A stretch of DNA of 64,000 bases from an uncultured Phycisphaerales bacterium (GCA_963772725.1 CAVYYI010000001.1:352001-416000); one strand, 5' to 3'; numbered from the stretch's first letter, positions 1 through 12,117 are shown. Numbers and translations are program-made. The notes: generated by a model from the letters alone, not told the origin.

Positions 1-454
1 TATCGTCGGTTTTCCAGATGAAACCGAAGAAGATTTTCAACAGAGCGTTGAGCTTGTCAAACAGGCACGGTACAAAAACGCCTTTATATTCAAGTATTCG
101 CCGCGACCTGGTACCACCTCTGAAAAAAGGCTGGAAGATAATATTCCGGCGAAAGTGAAAAAACAGAGAAATAACGCACTCCTTGATGTTCAGACCAAAA
201 TCAGCGATGAATTGAGCTGGGCGTTTCTTAATACCGAGGTTACGGTTTTTGTCGAAGGGCAGAGCAAAAAGCCACACCTCAATAACGTCGGCGGCGGTGA
301 TAATCCGCAGTTAATCGGCAGAACTGGAACGGATTGGATAGTAGTTTTTAACGGCCCTAAATCTCTGGCAGGGCGGTTTGCAAAGGTCAAAATTACTAAG
401 GTCAGCCCTCTGACATTATTTGGGCAAATGCTGCCTATTAAAAAGGATGAATGA
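1..454 (+). CDS. miaB: tRNA-2-methylthio-N6-dimethylallyladenosine synthase, C-terminal part (starts before the window)
   Basis: Frame 2 from base 2 reads IVGFPDETEEDFQ...FIFKYSPRPGT, followed by a TRAM-like tail (VFVEG...GRT...VKITKVSPLTLFG). Confidence 0.9.
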   Translation, partial: IVGFPDETEEDFQQSVELVKQARYKNAFIFKYSPRPGTTSEKRLEDNIPAKVKKQRNNALLDVQTKISDELSWAFLNTEVTVFVEGQSKKPHLNNVGGGDNPQLIGRTGTDWIVVFNGPKSLAGRFAKVKITKVSPLTLFGQMLPIKKDE

Positions 455-457
455 ATC

Positions 458-1237
458 ATGAACACTCTCAGGAACAAAAAAGGCTTCATCTGTGATATGG
501 ACGGCGTGATATACCACGGCAACAAACTTGTTGAAGGCTCAGAAGATTTTGTCACGTGGCTCAAAGCGGAAAATAAAAAATTCATCTTCCTGACCAACAG
601 CAGTGAAAAAACGCCTAAGGAATTGCAGAATAAGTTATTGCGGATGGGAATCGAGGTTGACGAGACGCACTTTATCACCTCTGCACAGGCGACCGCGAGT
701 TTCCTGGCCAGCCAGAACCCAAACGTCGGTGTCTATGTTATAGGTGAGGCAGGCCTGATAAACGCGCTTCATGATGCGGGTTTCTATATCGACAATGTTA
801 ATCCCGCCTATGTCGTTGTGGGGGAGACGCGGGGCTATAACTACGAACAGATTGAACACGCTATCAGGTTCGTCCTGAATGGCGCAAAACTAATCGGCAC
901 AAATTCCGACCTCACCGGCCCATCTGAAAAAGGAATTGTCCCTGCGTGCAGGGCGCTTATCGCACCTATCGAGATGGCTACCGGCAGAAAGGCTTATTTC
1001 ATAGGCAAGCCTAACCCGCTTATTATGCGTCATGCTATGAAACGCATCGGCTGTGAACGTCAGGATACTCTGATTGTCGGCGACAGGATGGATACTGATA
1101 TTATCGCGGGTATAGAATCAGAGATTCAGACAGCCCTGGTTCTCAGCGGTATCACAAAAAAAGAAGACCTTGTTCTGTTCCCTTATCGCCCGGATTTCAT
1201 CCTGAATACCGCCTCGGACATCATGAAAAAACCCTAA
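458..1237 (+). CDS. nagD: HAD-IIA family phosphatase (NagD-like)
   Basis: Motifs DMDGVIY, LTNSS, GKPNP and VGDRMDTDI. Confidence 0.85.
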   Translation: MNTLRNKKGFICDMDGVIYHGNKLVEGSEDFVTWLKAENKKFIFLTNSSEKTPKELQNKLLRMGIEVDETHFITSAQATASFLASQNPNVGVYVIGEAGLINALHDAGFYIDNVNPAYVVVGETRGYNYEQIEHAIRFVLNGAKLIGTNSDLTGPSEKGIVPACRALIAPIEMATGRKAYFIGKPNPLIMRHAMKRIGCERQDTLIVGDRMDTDIIAGIESEIQTALVLSGITKKEDLVLFPYRPDFILNTASDIMKKP

Positions 1238-1413
1238 CCGCAATAAAAAAAGTTAAAATTTGAGCAAAACAGAATCTATCCGAAGGGGGGATTGCCTGTG
1301 TTTAACCGCTATAAAACGCTATATTTGCCTTAGGCAAAGCCCCTATGAACATTTTCCATTTTTTCTCACTCAAAAAAAAATAAAAATATTTTTATTTTTT
1401 TTAATTTATCCTA

Positions 1414-1441
1414 TTGACGATTCCAGCAGATAGGTTACAAT
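1414..1441 (+). promoter_or_regulatory. sigma70-type rRNA promoter with upstream AT-rich UP element
   Basis: TTGACG (1414-1419), 16-nt spacer, TACAAT (1436-1441); A/T tracts at 1370-1410. Confidence 0.75.
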
Positions 1442-1514
1442 ACGCTTCTCAGTGGTCAGGCAGGAGCCTAAACAACTATGCGTGACCACTGTTTATTTTT
1501 GAAAAAAGATAAGA

Positions 1515-1527
1515 AGCTCTTTTACAA
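1515..1527 (+). promoter_or_regulatory. boxA-like rRNA antitermination site
   Basis: AGCTCTTTTACAA resembles the boxA consensus TGCTCTTTAACAA and lies in the rRNA leader. Confidence 0.6.
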
Positions 1528-1707
1528 GTTAACAGTTAAGCTACATAAGCAGCGAAAGTGTAGCATTCGTGTCGGGTACGCAAAGCCGGCATAGTTGATA
1601 GAAAACCATTAATTTGGTGTAATTTCAACACTTTCGTTTGCGTATAGCGAATAGTGTTGAGCCTTTTAATTGACGATATCCCGCCTTCAGGCGGGTTCGA
1701 CGATATA

Positions 1708-3281
<1,574 letters not shown>

Positions 3282-3366
3282 AGGATACTTTAGAACGCAT
3301 TCGCCTTATGGGGCGATGGAAAAGTCAGACATTTTCGTTGCTTAGGTCTTAACTGTTCTTGATATT

Positions 3367-3402
3367 AAAAAAGCCCTGTGATTAATTTCACGGGGCTTTT
3401 TT
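3367..3402. terminator. bidirectional intrinsic terminator between the 16S gene and the convergent glycosyltransferase
   Basis: AAAAAA-GCCCTGTGA-ttaatt-TCACGGGGC-TTTTTT. Confidence 0.85.
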
Positions 3403-3412
3403 ATTTGGAATG

Positions 3413-5221
3413 TTAGTTCAGGGATGGAGACATTTGCGGGCAGATGTTTTCGTTAATATTTTCCGGGTAGGCCTTTTGGAGGCAGGGCAGAAGGTAGTTA
3501 TTTACTACAATATCCCAACTCATCTCTTTAGCCAGGCTGTAGCCGGAGTTAATCATATTTTCCATTTCTGAGTCATTTCGCGGCAGGCGTGAACATATCT
3601 GAAGAGCGACTTTTTGGCCTACATAATCCTCTATTTTGCTTCGCAGGGTATGGTCAATTTGAGTCGCTTCCGCGATAGAACTGAAATTATGATTTAAGCT
3701 GTTAAGGTCTGTGTAATCGGCGACGATAATATTTTTTACTTCACTGCCGCCCGAAGCGTCGCGGGCAAAGCCTGCACAGCCGCAAACGCTGCTTAATACG
3801 CATATACCGCCGAATGTGAGTGATTCAAGCTGTGCGATGCCAAAGGGTTCGTAGATGCTTAATCCGAATTCGACGTCGCTGCCCCTGCGGATGTCCATAA
3901 ATTCCATATCGTGCGGCATTCTTTTCCCGCAGAGTTTCTGCTCGAAGCCGAACTGGTTGATGAAAACGACTTTAATATTTGCGGTTTTGGCGTTGAACTC
4001 CTGGATGGCAGCGTAAAAGGCGGCTTCTCCGCCGGAAAGGTCGGGCCAACTCTCGCGATGTGCGACCGGCCAGTTGTAATTCGATTCCATATTGGCAATA
4101 TCGCTGCTGCGTCTCTGGTGCATTTCCGTGGAGAGCAGGAACATAACACCAGTCTTGCCCAGTGTTTTAAATTCTTTTTCGATATTATAGAGTATCCGCA
4201 GGTCCCGCCAGAGACCTTTGCTTCTTACGAGCCTTGCGACATGTGTGAAGATAAAATCTGGTTTATAACCGAGCAGATTTTCACAATAAAGCATAAGCCT
4301 GGCCTTTGAGCGGAGTTTTTCTTCCAAGGATGTTTTGTAAGCTGGCAGGCCGTTATAGACTATATTTATATTGGCGTTCGCAAATTCCGGCGCGATAAAT
4401 TTCAATTCATCGACAACATAATCTCCCACCGCGCATATCGCATCGCAGTGTTTCGAGGCTTCCACGAGAGAATGTTTGAAAAATTCGCTCTGGTCACCGA
4501 ATACGTTATTCAGGTAAAGGCTCGAATCATGAGCCTTGGCGATTGCGTTATAAAACATCGTATCATGACCTGGATGTTTTTCGACGATATGCCTCATTGT
4601 AGCGACTTCGTGGGCATAAAAGGCCGTCTTGAAATTATGGGAACAGTCAAGCATTGCCGCCAGGGCAGTTGGCATTCCCATAAATTCGTGTGCGACAACG
4701 GTTGTGGATTCGCCTCCGGCACCGATAGCCTTTATCGCGGATATTGCCGGCAGGGCGATTCTTATGTATTGTTCATATTCCCAAAGATGTTCGTGGAGAT
4801 TGCTGCGAATGCCGAATTTGGCATATAGCTGTTTTTTGAATTCGTTGACTGGGCCGATATCCATGCGCCTTATGTCGATAAGCAGGACTTCGGGTGAACT
4901 TTTTACGCCTGTCTGCTTATCGCAGAAAGTGCGTCTGCCGTAAACGATGTTGACATTGTAGTAATTTTCAATCCTGCCAAACGCGTCCGCGTAACCCGTA
5001 TCACCAAGACCGTCAATGGAAGAATACAGCACTTCGCCGTCTTCGCCGAGCCTGTCCAGCGGCGAGCCTTCGGTTGAGAACAAAGGTCCGACGAGTATCG
5101 AGCGTTCAACTGCGTTAAGATACGAAGGCGATGTGAAAAAGCCGTGGAGAACCGCTCCTATGCCGCCGACTTTTGTTTTTGCCTCGTGAGTTACATGTAC
5201 GAGCGTCATCTTCTCTGTCAT
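3413..5221 (-). CDS. GT-B glycosyltransferase, GT3 glycogen synthase-like
   Basis: N-terminal HEAKTKVGGIGAV resembles the GT3 EVxNKVGGI motif; AHEFMG; C-terminal SIYEPFGIAQLES resembles SYYEPWGYTPxE. Confidence 0.7.
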   Translation of the reverse strand: MTEKMTLVHVTHEAKTKVGGIGAVLHGFFTSPSYLNAVERSILVGPLFSTEGSPLDRLGEDGEVLYSSIDGLGDTGYADAFGRIENYYNVNIVYGRRTFCDKQTGVKSSPEVLLIDIRRMDIGPVNEFKKQLYAKFGIRSNLHEHLWEYEQYIRIALPAISAIKAIGAGGESTTVVAHEFMGMPTALAAMLDCSHNFKTAFYAHEVATMRHIVEKHPGHDTMFYNAIAKAHDSSLYLNNVFGDQSEFFKHSLVEASKHCDAICAVGDYVVDELKFIAPEFANANINIVYNGLPAYKTSLEEKLRSKARLMLYCENLLGYKPDFIFTHVARLVRSKGLWRDLRILYNIEKEFKTLGKTGVMFLLSTEMHQRRSSDIANMESNYNWPVAHRESWPDLSGGEAAFYAAIQEFNAKTANIKVVFINQFGFEQKLCGKRMPHDMEFMDIRRGSDVEFGLSIYEPFGIAQLESLTFGGICVLSSVCGCAGFARDASGGSEVKNIIVADYTDLNSLNHNFSSIAEATQIDHTLRSKIEDYVGQKVALQICSRLPRNDSEMENMINSGYSLAKEMSWDIVVNNYLLPCLQKAYPENINENICPQMSPSLN

Positions 5222-5390
5222 AGCAATATCTTTCTGTGTTAAGAAGTTAAATTTATTGTTCTTTCCATGTAAAATATAAGAAATGCCTTATGGTTTGCAA
5301 AACCGGAGTTTTTAACAAATTTGAGAAAGGCAAAAGTATTTTGACCGCAAGCGTGTTTTTTGGGACGTTTGAAATTATTTCCGCGTGTAA

Positions 5391-5900
5391 TCAGGCGATT
5401 TTGCCGCGGAGCGTTCTAATCAGCCCTGCAAGGACACCTGGAGCGACGTCCGCCAGTTCAGGTTCGGGCATATCGCTCATGGCGATTCTGTTGAGAATTT
5501 TTCTGGCACGAGCTGAATGGGGTTTCAATGTATTAGCGATTTGTTCCGCTTCATCGAGTTCACCGTCGGCCATTTGCCTGATGCAGATGATAACATTTTT
5601 TGTAAGTTCCTTTTCATTCATTTCCGAGACGGGCGCTGTTTCGGCGGGTTCTGCTGACTCATCGGGCGTTTCTCGTTCGCCGAGGATATCGAAACCGAGT
5701 TTATAGGTTTCAGCCATAAGGCGTTTTTTTCTTTCTTCATCGCTTTCATCGATGGGCGCCAGCTTCAAATCGTCATCGGGATTGAGGTTAGGTATGTAAA
5801 CTTTATTATGGCAGCCCGGGCATTTTCCCCACTTGCCGCCGCTGTTGTCAGGAGCCTCAATTTTTTTGCCGCAGTGTTCACAATGAAAAGTTATGCTCAT
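5391..5900 (-). CDS. hypothetical protein with N-terminal zinc ribbon
   Basis: FHCEHCGKKIEAPD...GKCPGC, a double CxxC ribbon common in planctomycete proteins. Confidence 0.75.
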   Translation of the reverse strand: MSITFHCEHCGKKIEAPDNSGGKWGKCPGCHNKVYIPNLNPDDDLKLAPIDESDEERKKRLMAETYKLGFDILGERETPDESAEPAETAPVSEMNEKELTKNVIICIRQMADGELDEAEQIANTLKPHSARARKILNRIAMSDMPEPELADVAPGVLAGLIRTLRGKIA

Positions 5901-5919
5901 TTTCGTTCCTCTGCAATTG

Positions 5920-6273
5920 TTATTTTGTCATTTTATACTCTGCCGCTACTTCTGTCGTGATTCCGCCGCGGGGCGTGAAGCGGGATGTAATCTTCAACCT
6001 GCGGGGTTTGCACGCAGCGGATAAATCGTTGAGTATGTCATTGGTCAGGGATTCGTAGAAAATCCCCTTGTTGCGGTAGCTTTGCATATATAATTTCAGG
6101 CTTTTTAATTCTATGCAGCTTTTGTCCGGGCAGTATTCGATGGTGATTTCGCCAAAATCGGGCTGGCCTGTTTTCGGGCAAACGCTCGTAAATTCGGGGC
6201 AGCGTATTGTTATAATGTAATCGCGTCCCAGACGGGGGTTATCGAATAATTCTAATTTTGGTTTTTCGCCCAT
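5920..6273 (-). CDS. queF: NADPH-dependent preQ0 reductase (type I QueF)
   Basis: [24 protein letters not shown] and FTPRGGI motifs. Confidence 0.95.
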   Translation of the reverse strand: MGEKPKLELFDNPRLGRDYIITIRCPEFTSVCPKTGQPDFGEITIEYCPDKSCIELKSLKLYMQSYRNKGIFYESLTNDILNDLSAACKPRRLKITSRFTPRGGITTEVAAEYKMTK

Positions 6274-6344
6274 TTTTTCAACCTCGCCAAAATCTAAATA
6301 ATCAGTATAATAGATATGGGCAATTTTTGCAAGGATGATGATAA

Positions 6345-7043
6345 ATGCGAAAGAAAAATAAAAAAGCGGTTGTTCTGTTGAGCGGCGGCCTTGATTCGAC
6401 TACGACGCTCGCTATCGCGATATCCAAGGGTTTTAAGTGCTATGCGCTGACGTTCCGATATGGCCAGCGGCATAAGCGTGAAACTCAAGCTGCCAGAACA
6501 ATAGCCCGTCGGCTTGGGGCGGTCGAACATCGTATTATAAATATCGATTTGTCGCAATTTGGCGGCTCGGCACTTACTGATTCAGCCATTAAGGTGCCGA
6601 AAGGTAGAAAAGAATTGACAGGGCAGGGGGTTATACCGGTTACGTATGTGCCAGCGAGAAATACCGTATTTCTAAGTTATGCTCTTGCCTGGGCGGAAGT
6701 GCTGGGGGCGTTCGATATATTTATCGGGGTTAACTGTACTGATTACAGCGGCTACCCCGACTGCCGTCCGGAGTTTATCTCCGCCTTTGAGAAAATGGCC
6801 AATCTCGCCACCGCCGCGGCTATTGAAAAGAAGGGGCATTACCATATCCAGACTCCGATTATAAAAATGACTAAGGCGCAGATTATTCGTACCGGCACAA
6901 AACTCGGTGTCGATTATTCGTTGACTCATAGCTGTTACGACCCCGACAAAAAAGGCAGAAGCTGCGGCAGATGCGATTCATGTCGGCTGAGATTAAAAGG
7001 CTTTGCTGAGGCAGGTTTAACCGACCCGATAAAGTACAGATGA
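6345..7043 (+). CDS. queC: 7-cyano-7-deazaguanine synthase
   Basis: [30 protein letters not shown] and C-terminal [10 protein letters not shown]. Confidence 0.97.
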   Translation: MRKKNKKAVVLLSGGLDSTTTLAIAISKGFKCYALTFRYGQRHKRETQAARTIARRLGAVEHRIINIDLSQFGGSALTDSAIKVPKGRKELTGQGVIPVTYVPARNTVFLSYALAWAEVLGAFDIFIGVNCTDYSGYPDCRPEFISAFEKMANLATAAAIEKKGHYHIQTPIIKMTKAQIIRTGTKLGVDYSLTHSCYDPDKKGRSCGRCDSCRLRLKGFAEAGLTDPIKYR

Positions 7044-7699
7044 TAATAAACGAAATTTTTTATTCTTTACAGGGGGAGGGATTTCTGGCGGGACGTCCGA
7101 GCGTTTTTGTCAGGCTCGCTGGTTGTAGGCTTCGGTGCCGATGGTGCGATACAAAATACGCCTGGGACCCGGAGGCGGGGCGGCCTTATAATTTAGACGA
7201 AATAGTCAAGACTGTTTTGAGGTATCCGTGCAGGTTTGTTGTGATTACTGGCGGCGAGCCGCTGGCAAATCCGGAACTGCCGGAACTTGCCAAAACACTC
7301 AAAGCCGCAGATATGCATATCACCATTGAAACTGCTGGCGTTAGTTTTGTACCGGATTTAGCCTGTGACTTGATGAGTATCAGCCCCAAACTGAGTAATT
7401 CCAAGGTGGAGAATAAAGATTCAAAGCTGAATATTGAAAGTCTTAGAAAGCTGGTCAGCAGTTACAATTATCAAATAAAATTTGTAGTTGATTCACCGGA
7501 TGATTTGCAGGAAATTGAAGAAACCCTTAAAGGGGTCGGAAATATTGACAGGGGGAAAGTGATGCTGATGCCGCAGGCTATTACCAGAGACGAGTTTATT
7601 CGCAAATCGCCGATGGTGGCCGAAATGTGCAAAAATAACGGCTTTACATTCTCCCAGCGACTTCATATTCTTCTCTGGGACACCACCCGCGGCAAATAG
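7040..7699 (+). CDS. queE: 7-carboxy-7-deazaguanine synthase (radical SAM)
   Basis: [20 protein letters not shown] and ITGGEP; overlaps queC by 4 nt. Confidence 0.93.
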   Translation: MIINEIFYSLQGEGFLAGRPSVFVRLAGCRLRCRWCDTKYAWDPEAGRPYNLDEIVKTVLRYPCRFVVITGGEPLANPELPELAKTLKAADMHITIETAGVSFVPDLACDLMSISPKLSNSKVENKDSKLNIESLRKLVSSYNYQIKFVVDSPDDLQEIEETLKGVGNIDRGKVMLMPQAITRDEFIRKSPMVAEMCKNNGFTFSQRLHILLWDTTRGK

Positions 7700-7719
7700 C
7701 GTTTATTCGAATTTGACAA

Positions 7720-7748
7720 TTGACATTTGGCCCAAAATAGTAAATAAT
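7720..7748 (+). promoter_or_regulatory. sigma70 promoter of tRNA-Leu
   Basis: TTGACA (7720-7725), 17 nt, AATAAT, 12 nt upstream of the tRNA. Confidence 0.55.
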
Positions 7749-7760
7749 TGCCTGTGAATC

Positions 7761-7844
7761 GCCCGGGTGGCGGAATTGGCAGACGCGCCAGCTTGAGGGG
7801 CTGGTGAGATTTATCTCATGCAGGTTCAAATCCTGTCCCGGGCA
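7761..7844 (+). tRNA. tRNA-Leu(GAG), long variable arm, CCA not encoded
   Basis: GCCCGGG acceptor stem, D-loop GGAATTGGCAGAC, anticodon arm CCAGC-TTGAGGG-GCTGG, T-loop GGTTCAAATCC, 3' end CCCGGGCA. Confidence 0.95.
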
Positions 7845-7893
7845 GTCAAAATTATATAATGAATCAGACTGATTCACCTGAAAAGGAATAAAT

Positions 7894-8187
7894 ATGTCAC
7901 CTAAAGGCGAGATATTGAAGACTATACGAACGCATTCCAATGAACTTAAAGCTTATGGTGTTAAAAAGGTAGGTCTTTTTGGTTCTTTCGTTCATTCAAA
8001 ACAAAATCCCAATAGTGATATCGATATACTTGTTGAGTTTGACCGCGCCAGAAAAACATTTGATAATTATATGGACCTCAAGTTCTTTCTCGAAAGATTG
8101 TTTAATCGGAAAGTTGATTTGGTTATCAAAAGCGCCTTGAAAACTCGAATTAAGGACAGGGTTCTTTCGGAAGTAAAGTATGCGTAA
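7894..8187 (+). CDS. minimal nucleotidyltransferase (MntA-like antitoxin)
   Basis: GLFGSFV...SDIDILVEF and RKVDLV motifs; 97 aa. Confidence 0.9.
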   Translation: MSPKGEILKTIRTHSNELKAYGVKKVGLFGSFVHSKQNPNSDIDILVEFDRARKTFDNYMDLKFFLERLFNRKVDLVIKSALKTRIKDRVLSEVKYA

Positions 8188-8515
8188 TGCAAAGCTATAT
8201 CTTGATGATATTTTAGAGGCTATAAAAAGAATTGAAAAATATACCAAAGGGCTGACCTTTGTGAGATTAAAGAAAGATATGCTTGTCCTTGACGGCGTTA
8301 TACGCAACCTTGAAATTATTGGCGAAGCCGCCAAAAACATACCAGTTCAGATTAAAGATAGATACCCTGATATTGAATGGAGAAAAATAGCAGGTTTACG
8401 TGACATCCTGGCGCATGAATACTTTGGGATAGATATTGAAGTCGTTTGGGATGTTATTAAAAACAAAATCCCAGTTCTGAAAAAAGATGTAAACCACATA
8501 TTGCGAAGCCTTTAA
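8180..8515 (+). CDS. HEPN/DUF86 ribonuclease toxin (HepT-like)
   Basis: YLDDILEAI, LEIIGEAAK and IAGLRDILAHEYFGID (RxxxxH); overlaps the MNT gene. Confidence 0.9.
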   Translation: MRNAKLYLDDILEAIKRIEKYTKGLTFVRLKKDMLVLDGVIRNLEIIGEAAKNIPVQIKDRYPDIEWRKIAGLRDILAHEYFGIDIEVVWDVIKNKIPVLKKDVNHILRSL

Positions 8516-8541
8516 GGTATTTTGCAATAGTCAAGCAGATA

Positions 8542-11500
8542 TTAAGCTACCGCGGAGGATTGTTCTTCAATAGCGCCGAATTTCACACTGATTTTTTTGC
8601 TGACACCGTGCGTTTGCATCGTTACGCCGTATAACACATCAGCTATGCTCATTGTTCGCTTGGAGTGCGTTATGACAATGAACTGGGAATATTTCTGGAA
8701 TTCACTGATAATCATATTGAACCGCTCATTGTTGGCTTCATCGAGGGCCGCGTCAACTTCGTCGAGCATACAGAAAGGCGAGGGTTTTGCCTTGAAGACC
8801 GCAAAGAGCAGGGCGATAGCCGTCATTGTTTTTTCACCGCCGCTCAGCAGGGAAATAGTTCGCTGCTCTTTTCCCGGCGGCCGTGCGACAATCTCTATAC
8901 CGGCGTCGAGAATATCCTCTGCGTCTTCGAGTACTATGTCTGCCTTACCGCCTCCGAAGAGTTTGCGGAAAAGCTCCTGGAAATGTGTGCGTATTACTTC
9001 AAATGTTTCCTTGAATTTTTCCCGGCTTTGCTTATTGAGACGTGTGATTAACTGCTGGAGCTGGTCTTTGCCCTTGTTGAGGTCTTCGACCTGCACGGCG
9101 AGAAATTCATTTCGCTTTTCGAGTTCTTCCTGCTCGGCGATGGCTTCGACATTTACGTTGCCGAGTCGTTCGATTTTGCCGCGAAGGTCGGTCATTTCCT
9201 GTTTTACTGCCTCCCAGTCAACATCGCTCTGCTGGTAGCTCTGATAAGACTGAGCTATATCAAGTTGAAGCTCATCACGAACCTTTTCAACGATTGTCTG
9301 CTCTTTGACTTCGAGTTGGCTAAGTTCAATTCTAAGCTGATTAAGCTTCTGGTCGGTTTCATTTTGTTCTGTTCGTTTTTGGCGAAGAATCTGCTCGGCT
9401 TGAGTCCGCTGTTCGAGGAGTGTTTCGACCTTATCGTGCAGAGTGCGACTGGCCTGCTGGGTCTTTTCCTTTTCGACAAACAGTTCCGATACGGAGGATT
9501 CGCAGCTCAAAATGTCACGCTGTGCCTGGGTGGACTGACTGATGCAGTTCTGTATTTCAGCCTGTGCCGTGTCTATGGACGCCTGGTTTGCCTGCATCTG
9601 ATTTTGCAGGCTGATAATTGATTGTTTGAGTGCCTTATTTTGCTCGCTAACCTGACCGAGAGATACCCGCAGTTCGGTTAGCTGGGCATTTAAGGATTGT
9701 TGCTGCGATTTCTGGTCGATGTGTTTGGCTTCGAGTTCGGCGATATGGGCCTTACGCTCATTATTAACCGTTTCAAGTTCCTCAAGTTTTTGCTTTGAGT
9801 CATATTCTTTCTGTACAGATTGTGCTATCTGTTCTTCGAGAACAGCTATTTCGCCGGTAATCAGCGGCTGTTCTTCGGTTAGTCTTTTGAGGTTCTGTTC
9901 GTAAATAGTAAGTTTTGATTGAACCTGCATTTTCTCGGTGCTGGCCTCATAAACGGCTGTTCGCAGCTCTTTTATTAGTTTAACTACATGCTCATTGGCC
10001 TGATTATTTTTATTGATTTGGTCTTCGAGTTTCGCAATATCATCGGCAATATCAGCCATAATCTGCTGCAGTTGATTCAGGCGGCTCTTTCGCGATATAA
10101 GGCCGTCCGCTTTTCCCAGAGGTCCAAGCTTAATAGTCCCATCGGCACTTAAAAATTCGCCTTTCAATGTAACGAATTCATATTCGCTTCCTAATTCACG
10201 GGACAGTTCCACCGCGGCTGATGTTGAGTCAACAATCAATATTCTGCCCAGCAGTGTCCAAACCAGCGGCGAGTACTTGCTGTCATATTTTACGAATTCA
10301 ATAACGCGTCCTTTAATCTGAGAGTATTTTGATAAATCGGCGGAATCAGCAAAAGGTACCGTTCTGTCGGCGCAGATAAAATTTGCTCTGCCGTCGAGTT
10401 TTTCAATAGTTTGTGAATCCGCTAAAAGGCTGTCGGTACTGCTGACAACAAGAGCGGCGGTTTTGCCCTCGAGGGCTGCTTCAACGGCGCCGGCATATTT
10501 GACGTCGGCGACGATGATGTCTGCGAGAATACCTTGTACATAATCAAACCTGTTGTTGCCGGAAGACCTGCTCTGCAGTATGTCTTTAACGGCACTATTG
10601 ATGCCTTCTCGCCGGTTTTCCATATCGGTTAAAATGGATAGTTCGCTGCCAAGTGCGCTTCGCGTTTCCTTGCTGTGCGCGAGGCGTTTGCCGTCCTCCG
10701 CGATTAAACCGCTTATTTCCTCAGATTTTTTACGCTTGGATTCGAGGGAGTCCTGCAGTTCAACAAGCACCTTTTCTATGTCGTTCATTCGGGCGGTATA
10801 TTGCGCTTTTTCAGTCAAAAGTTTTTCAATTTCTACCTGGGCGGAGTTTGCGCGGCCGGCAAGCCGGTCCTTCTGGCTGGCAAGGCTGCTGCGGTAAACA
10901 GATATGCTCTGGATTTCATTGTGCAGTTGAGCCGTTCTTCGCACTATATCTATAATACCTGATTTTTCATCTTCGAGGTCAGCTTCGAGTGATGAGCATT
11001 GGGCGGTTATTTCCGAAAGTGCCTTCTGTAATTGTTCAACGGCGGCAGTTTTCTCCTGGAATATTTGTTCACAATTCAACTGTTCATCTTTATATCGTTT
11101 GAGGTCGTTTTCAAAAGACTTCTGCTGTTCACGAAGCGTATCTACTTTTTGCGAAGATGTCTCTTTTCTGCTCTGAAACTCAGCGATTCGCGTGCGTAAA
11201 AATTCAATTCGCTGAAGCTGCTGTTCGATTTTGCTTTGCACGGCGACGAGAGAATTGTCCGTGCGGTTTATCTCATTTTCGGTTTCAATTATTTCATTGC
11301 CCAACCCGCTTATCGAGGCATCATTTCTTGCGATTTCTGCCACCAGCAAGGCGAAACTCTGTTCTATTTCCGCCAGGGCGGTTCGTTTATCCGTGCGGGA
11401 TGTAATTATTTTATGATATTCCACTAATGAATAGTTTATCTGTAGTTCTTTTAGCCTTTGGGTATATTGCAGGTAGCTTCTTGCCTTACCCGCCTGGAGT

Positions 11501-12117
11501 TTGACGCTGCGAAGCTGCTTTTGCACTTCGCCGAGAATATCAGCCAGTCGCAGCAGATTCTGTTCAGTCTGTTCGAGTTTACGAAGAGCCTCTTTCTTGT
11601 GAGCCTTGTATTTGCTTATGCCCGCCGCCTCTTCGAAAATATCGCGTCTGTCAACTTTGGAAGATGTCAGTAACTGGTCAACCTGTCCCTGCTCGATAAT
11701 GGAATACGCCTTGACGCCTATGCCTGTATCCATAAAAAGTTCGCGAATATCCTTTAGTCGGCAGGGCTTATTGTTTATGCGATACTCGCTTTCGCCGCTT
11801 TTATATATTCTTCGTGATATCTGCACTTCGTCGGTTTCGATGGGCAGTTGTCCCGTTGTGTTTGAAATAAAAAGGCTTACCTCTGCGCAACCGACTGCTT
11901 TTCTGCTGCTGCTGCCGCTAAAAATGACATCCGCCATTTGTCCGCTTCGCAGACTTTTTGCGCTTTGTTCGCCGAGTACCCATTTGACCGCGTCAACGAC
12001 ATTACTTTTGCCGCAGCCGTTGGGGCCAACGATGCCAGTTATGGGGCAATCAAAAAGAAATTCAGTTTTATCCGCAAAACTTTTAAATCCGTCCAAAACT
12101 ACTTTTTCGAGTCTCAT
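8542..12117 (-). CDS. smc: chromosome segregation protein SMC
   Basis: GFKSFAD, GPNGCGKSN, long coiled coils with a hinge, LSGGEK and LDEVDAALD. Confidence 0.98.
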   Translation of the reverse strand: MRLEKVVLDGFKSFADKTEFLFDCPITGIVGPNGCGKSNVVDAVKWVLGEQSAKSLRSGQMADVIFSGSSSRKAVGCAEVSLFISNTTGQLPIETDEVQISRRIYKSGESEYRINNKPCRLKDIRELFMDTGIGVKAYSIIEQGQVDQLLTSSKVDRRDIFEEAAGISKYKAHKKEALRKLEQTEQNLLRLADILGEVQKQLRSVKLQAGKARSYLQYTQRLKELQINYSLVEYHKIITSRTDKRTALAEIEQSFALLVAEIARNDASISGLGNEIIETENEINRTDNSLVAVQSKIEQQLQRIEFLRTRIAEFQSRKETSSQKVDTLREQQKSFENDLKRYKDEQLNCEQIFQEKTAAVEQLQKALSEITAQCSSLEADLEDEKSGIIDIVRRTAQLHNEIQSISVYRSSLASQKDRLAGRANSAQVEIEKLLTEKAQYTARMNDIEKVLVELQDSLESKRKKSEEISGLIAEDGKRLAHSKETRSALGSELSILTDMENRREGINSAVKDILQSRSSGNNRFDYVQGILADIIVADVKYAGAVEAALEGKTAALVVSSTDSLLADSQTIEKLDGRANFICADRTVPFADSADLSKYSQIKGRVIEFVKYDSKYSPLVWTLLGRILIVDSTSAAVELSRELGSEYEFVTLKGEFLSADGTIKLGPLGKADGLISRKSRLNQLQQIMADIADDIAKLEDQINKNNQANEHVVKLIKELRTAVYEASTEKMQVQSKLTIYEQNLKRLTEEQPLITGEIAVLEEQIAQSVQKEYDSKQKLEELETVNNERKAHIAELEAKHIDQKSQQQSLNAQLTELRVSLGQVSEQNKALKQSIISLQNQMQANQASIDTAQAEIQNCISQSTQAQRDILSCESSVSELFVEKEKTQQASRTLHDKVETLLEQRTQAEQILRQKRTEQNETDQKLNQLRIELSQLEVKEQTIVEKVRDELQLDIAQSYQSYQQSDVDWEAVKQEMTDLRGKIERLGNVNVEAIAEQEELEKRNEFLAVQVEDLNKGKDQLQQLITRLNKQSREKFKETFEVIRTHFQELFRKLFGGGKADIVLEDAEDILDAGIEIVARPPGKEQRTISLLSGGEKTMTAIALLFAVFKAKPSPFCMLDEVDAALDEANNERFNMIISEFQKYSQFIVITHSKRTMSIADVLYGVTMQTHGVSKKISVKFGAIEEQSSAVA

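Noticed and set aside
6274..6344. Possible preQ1 riboswitch in the queF/queC divergent spacer
   Set aside because: No preQ1 stem-loop with an A-rich tail is recognisable in 71 bp; it looks like promoter DNA only.
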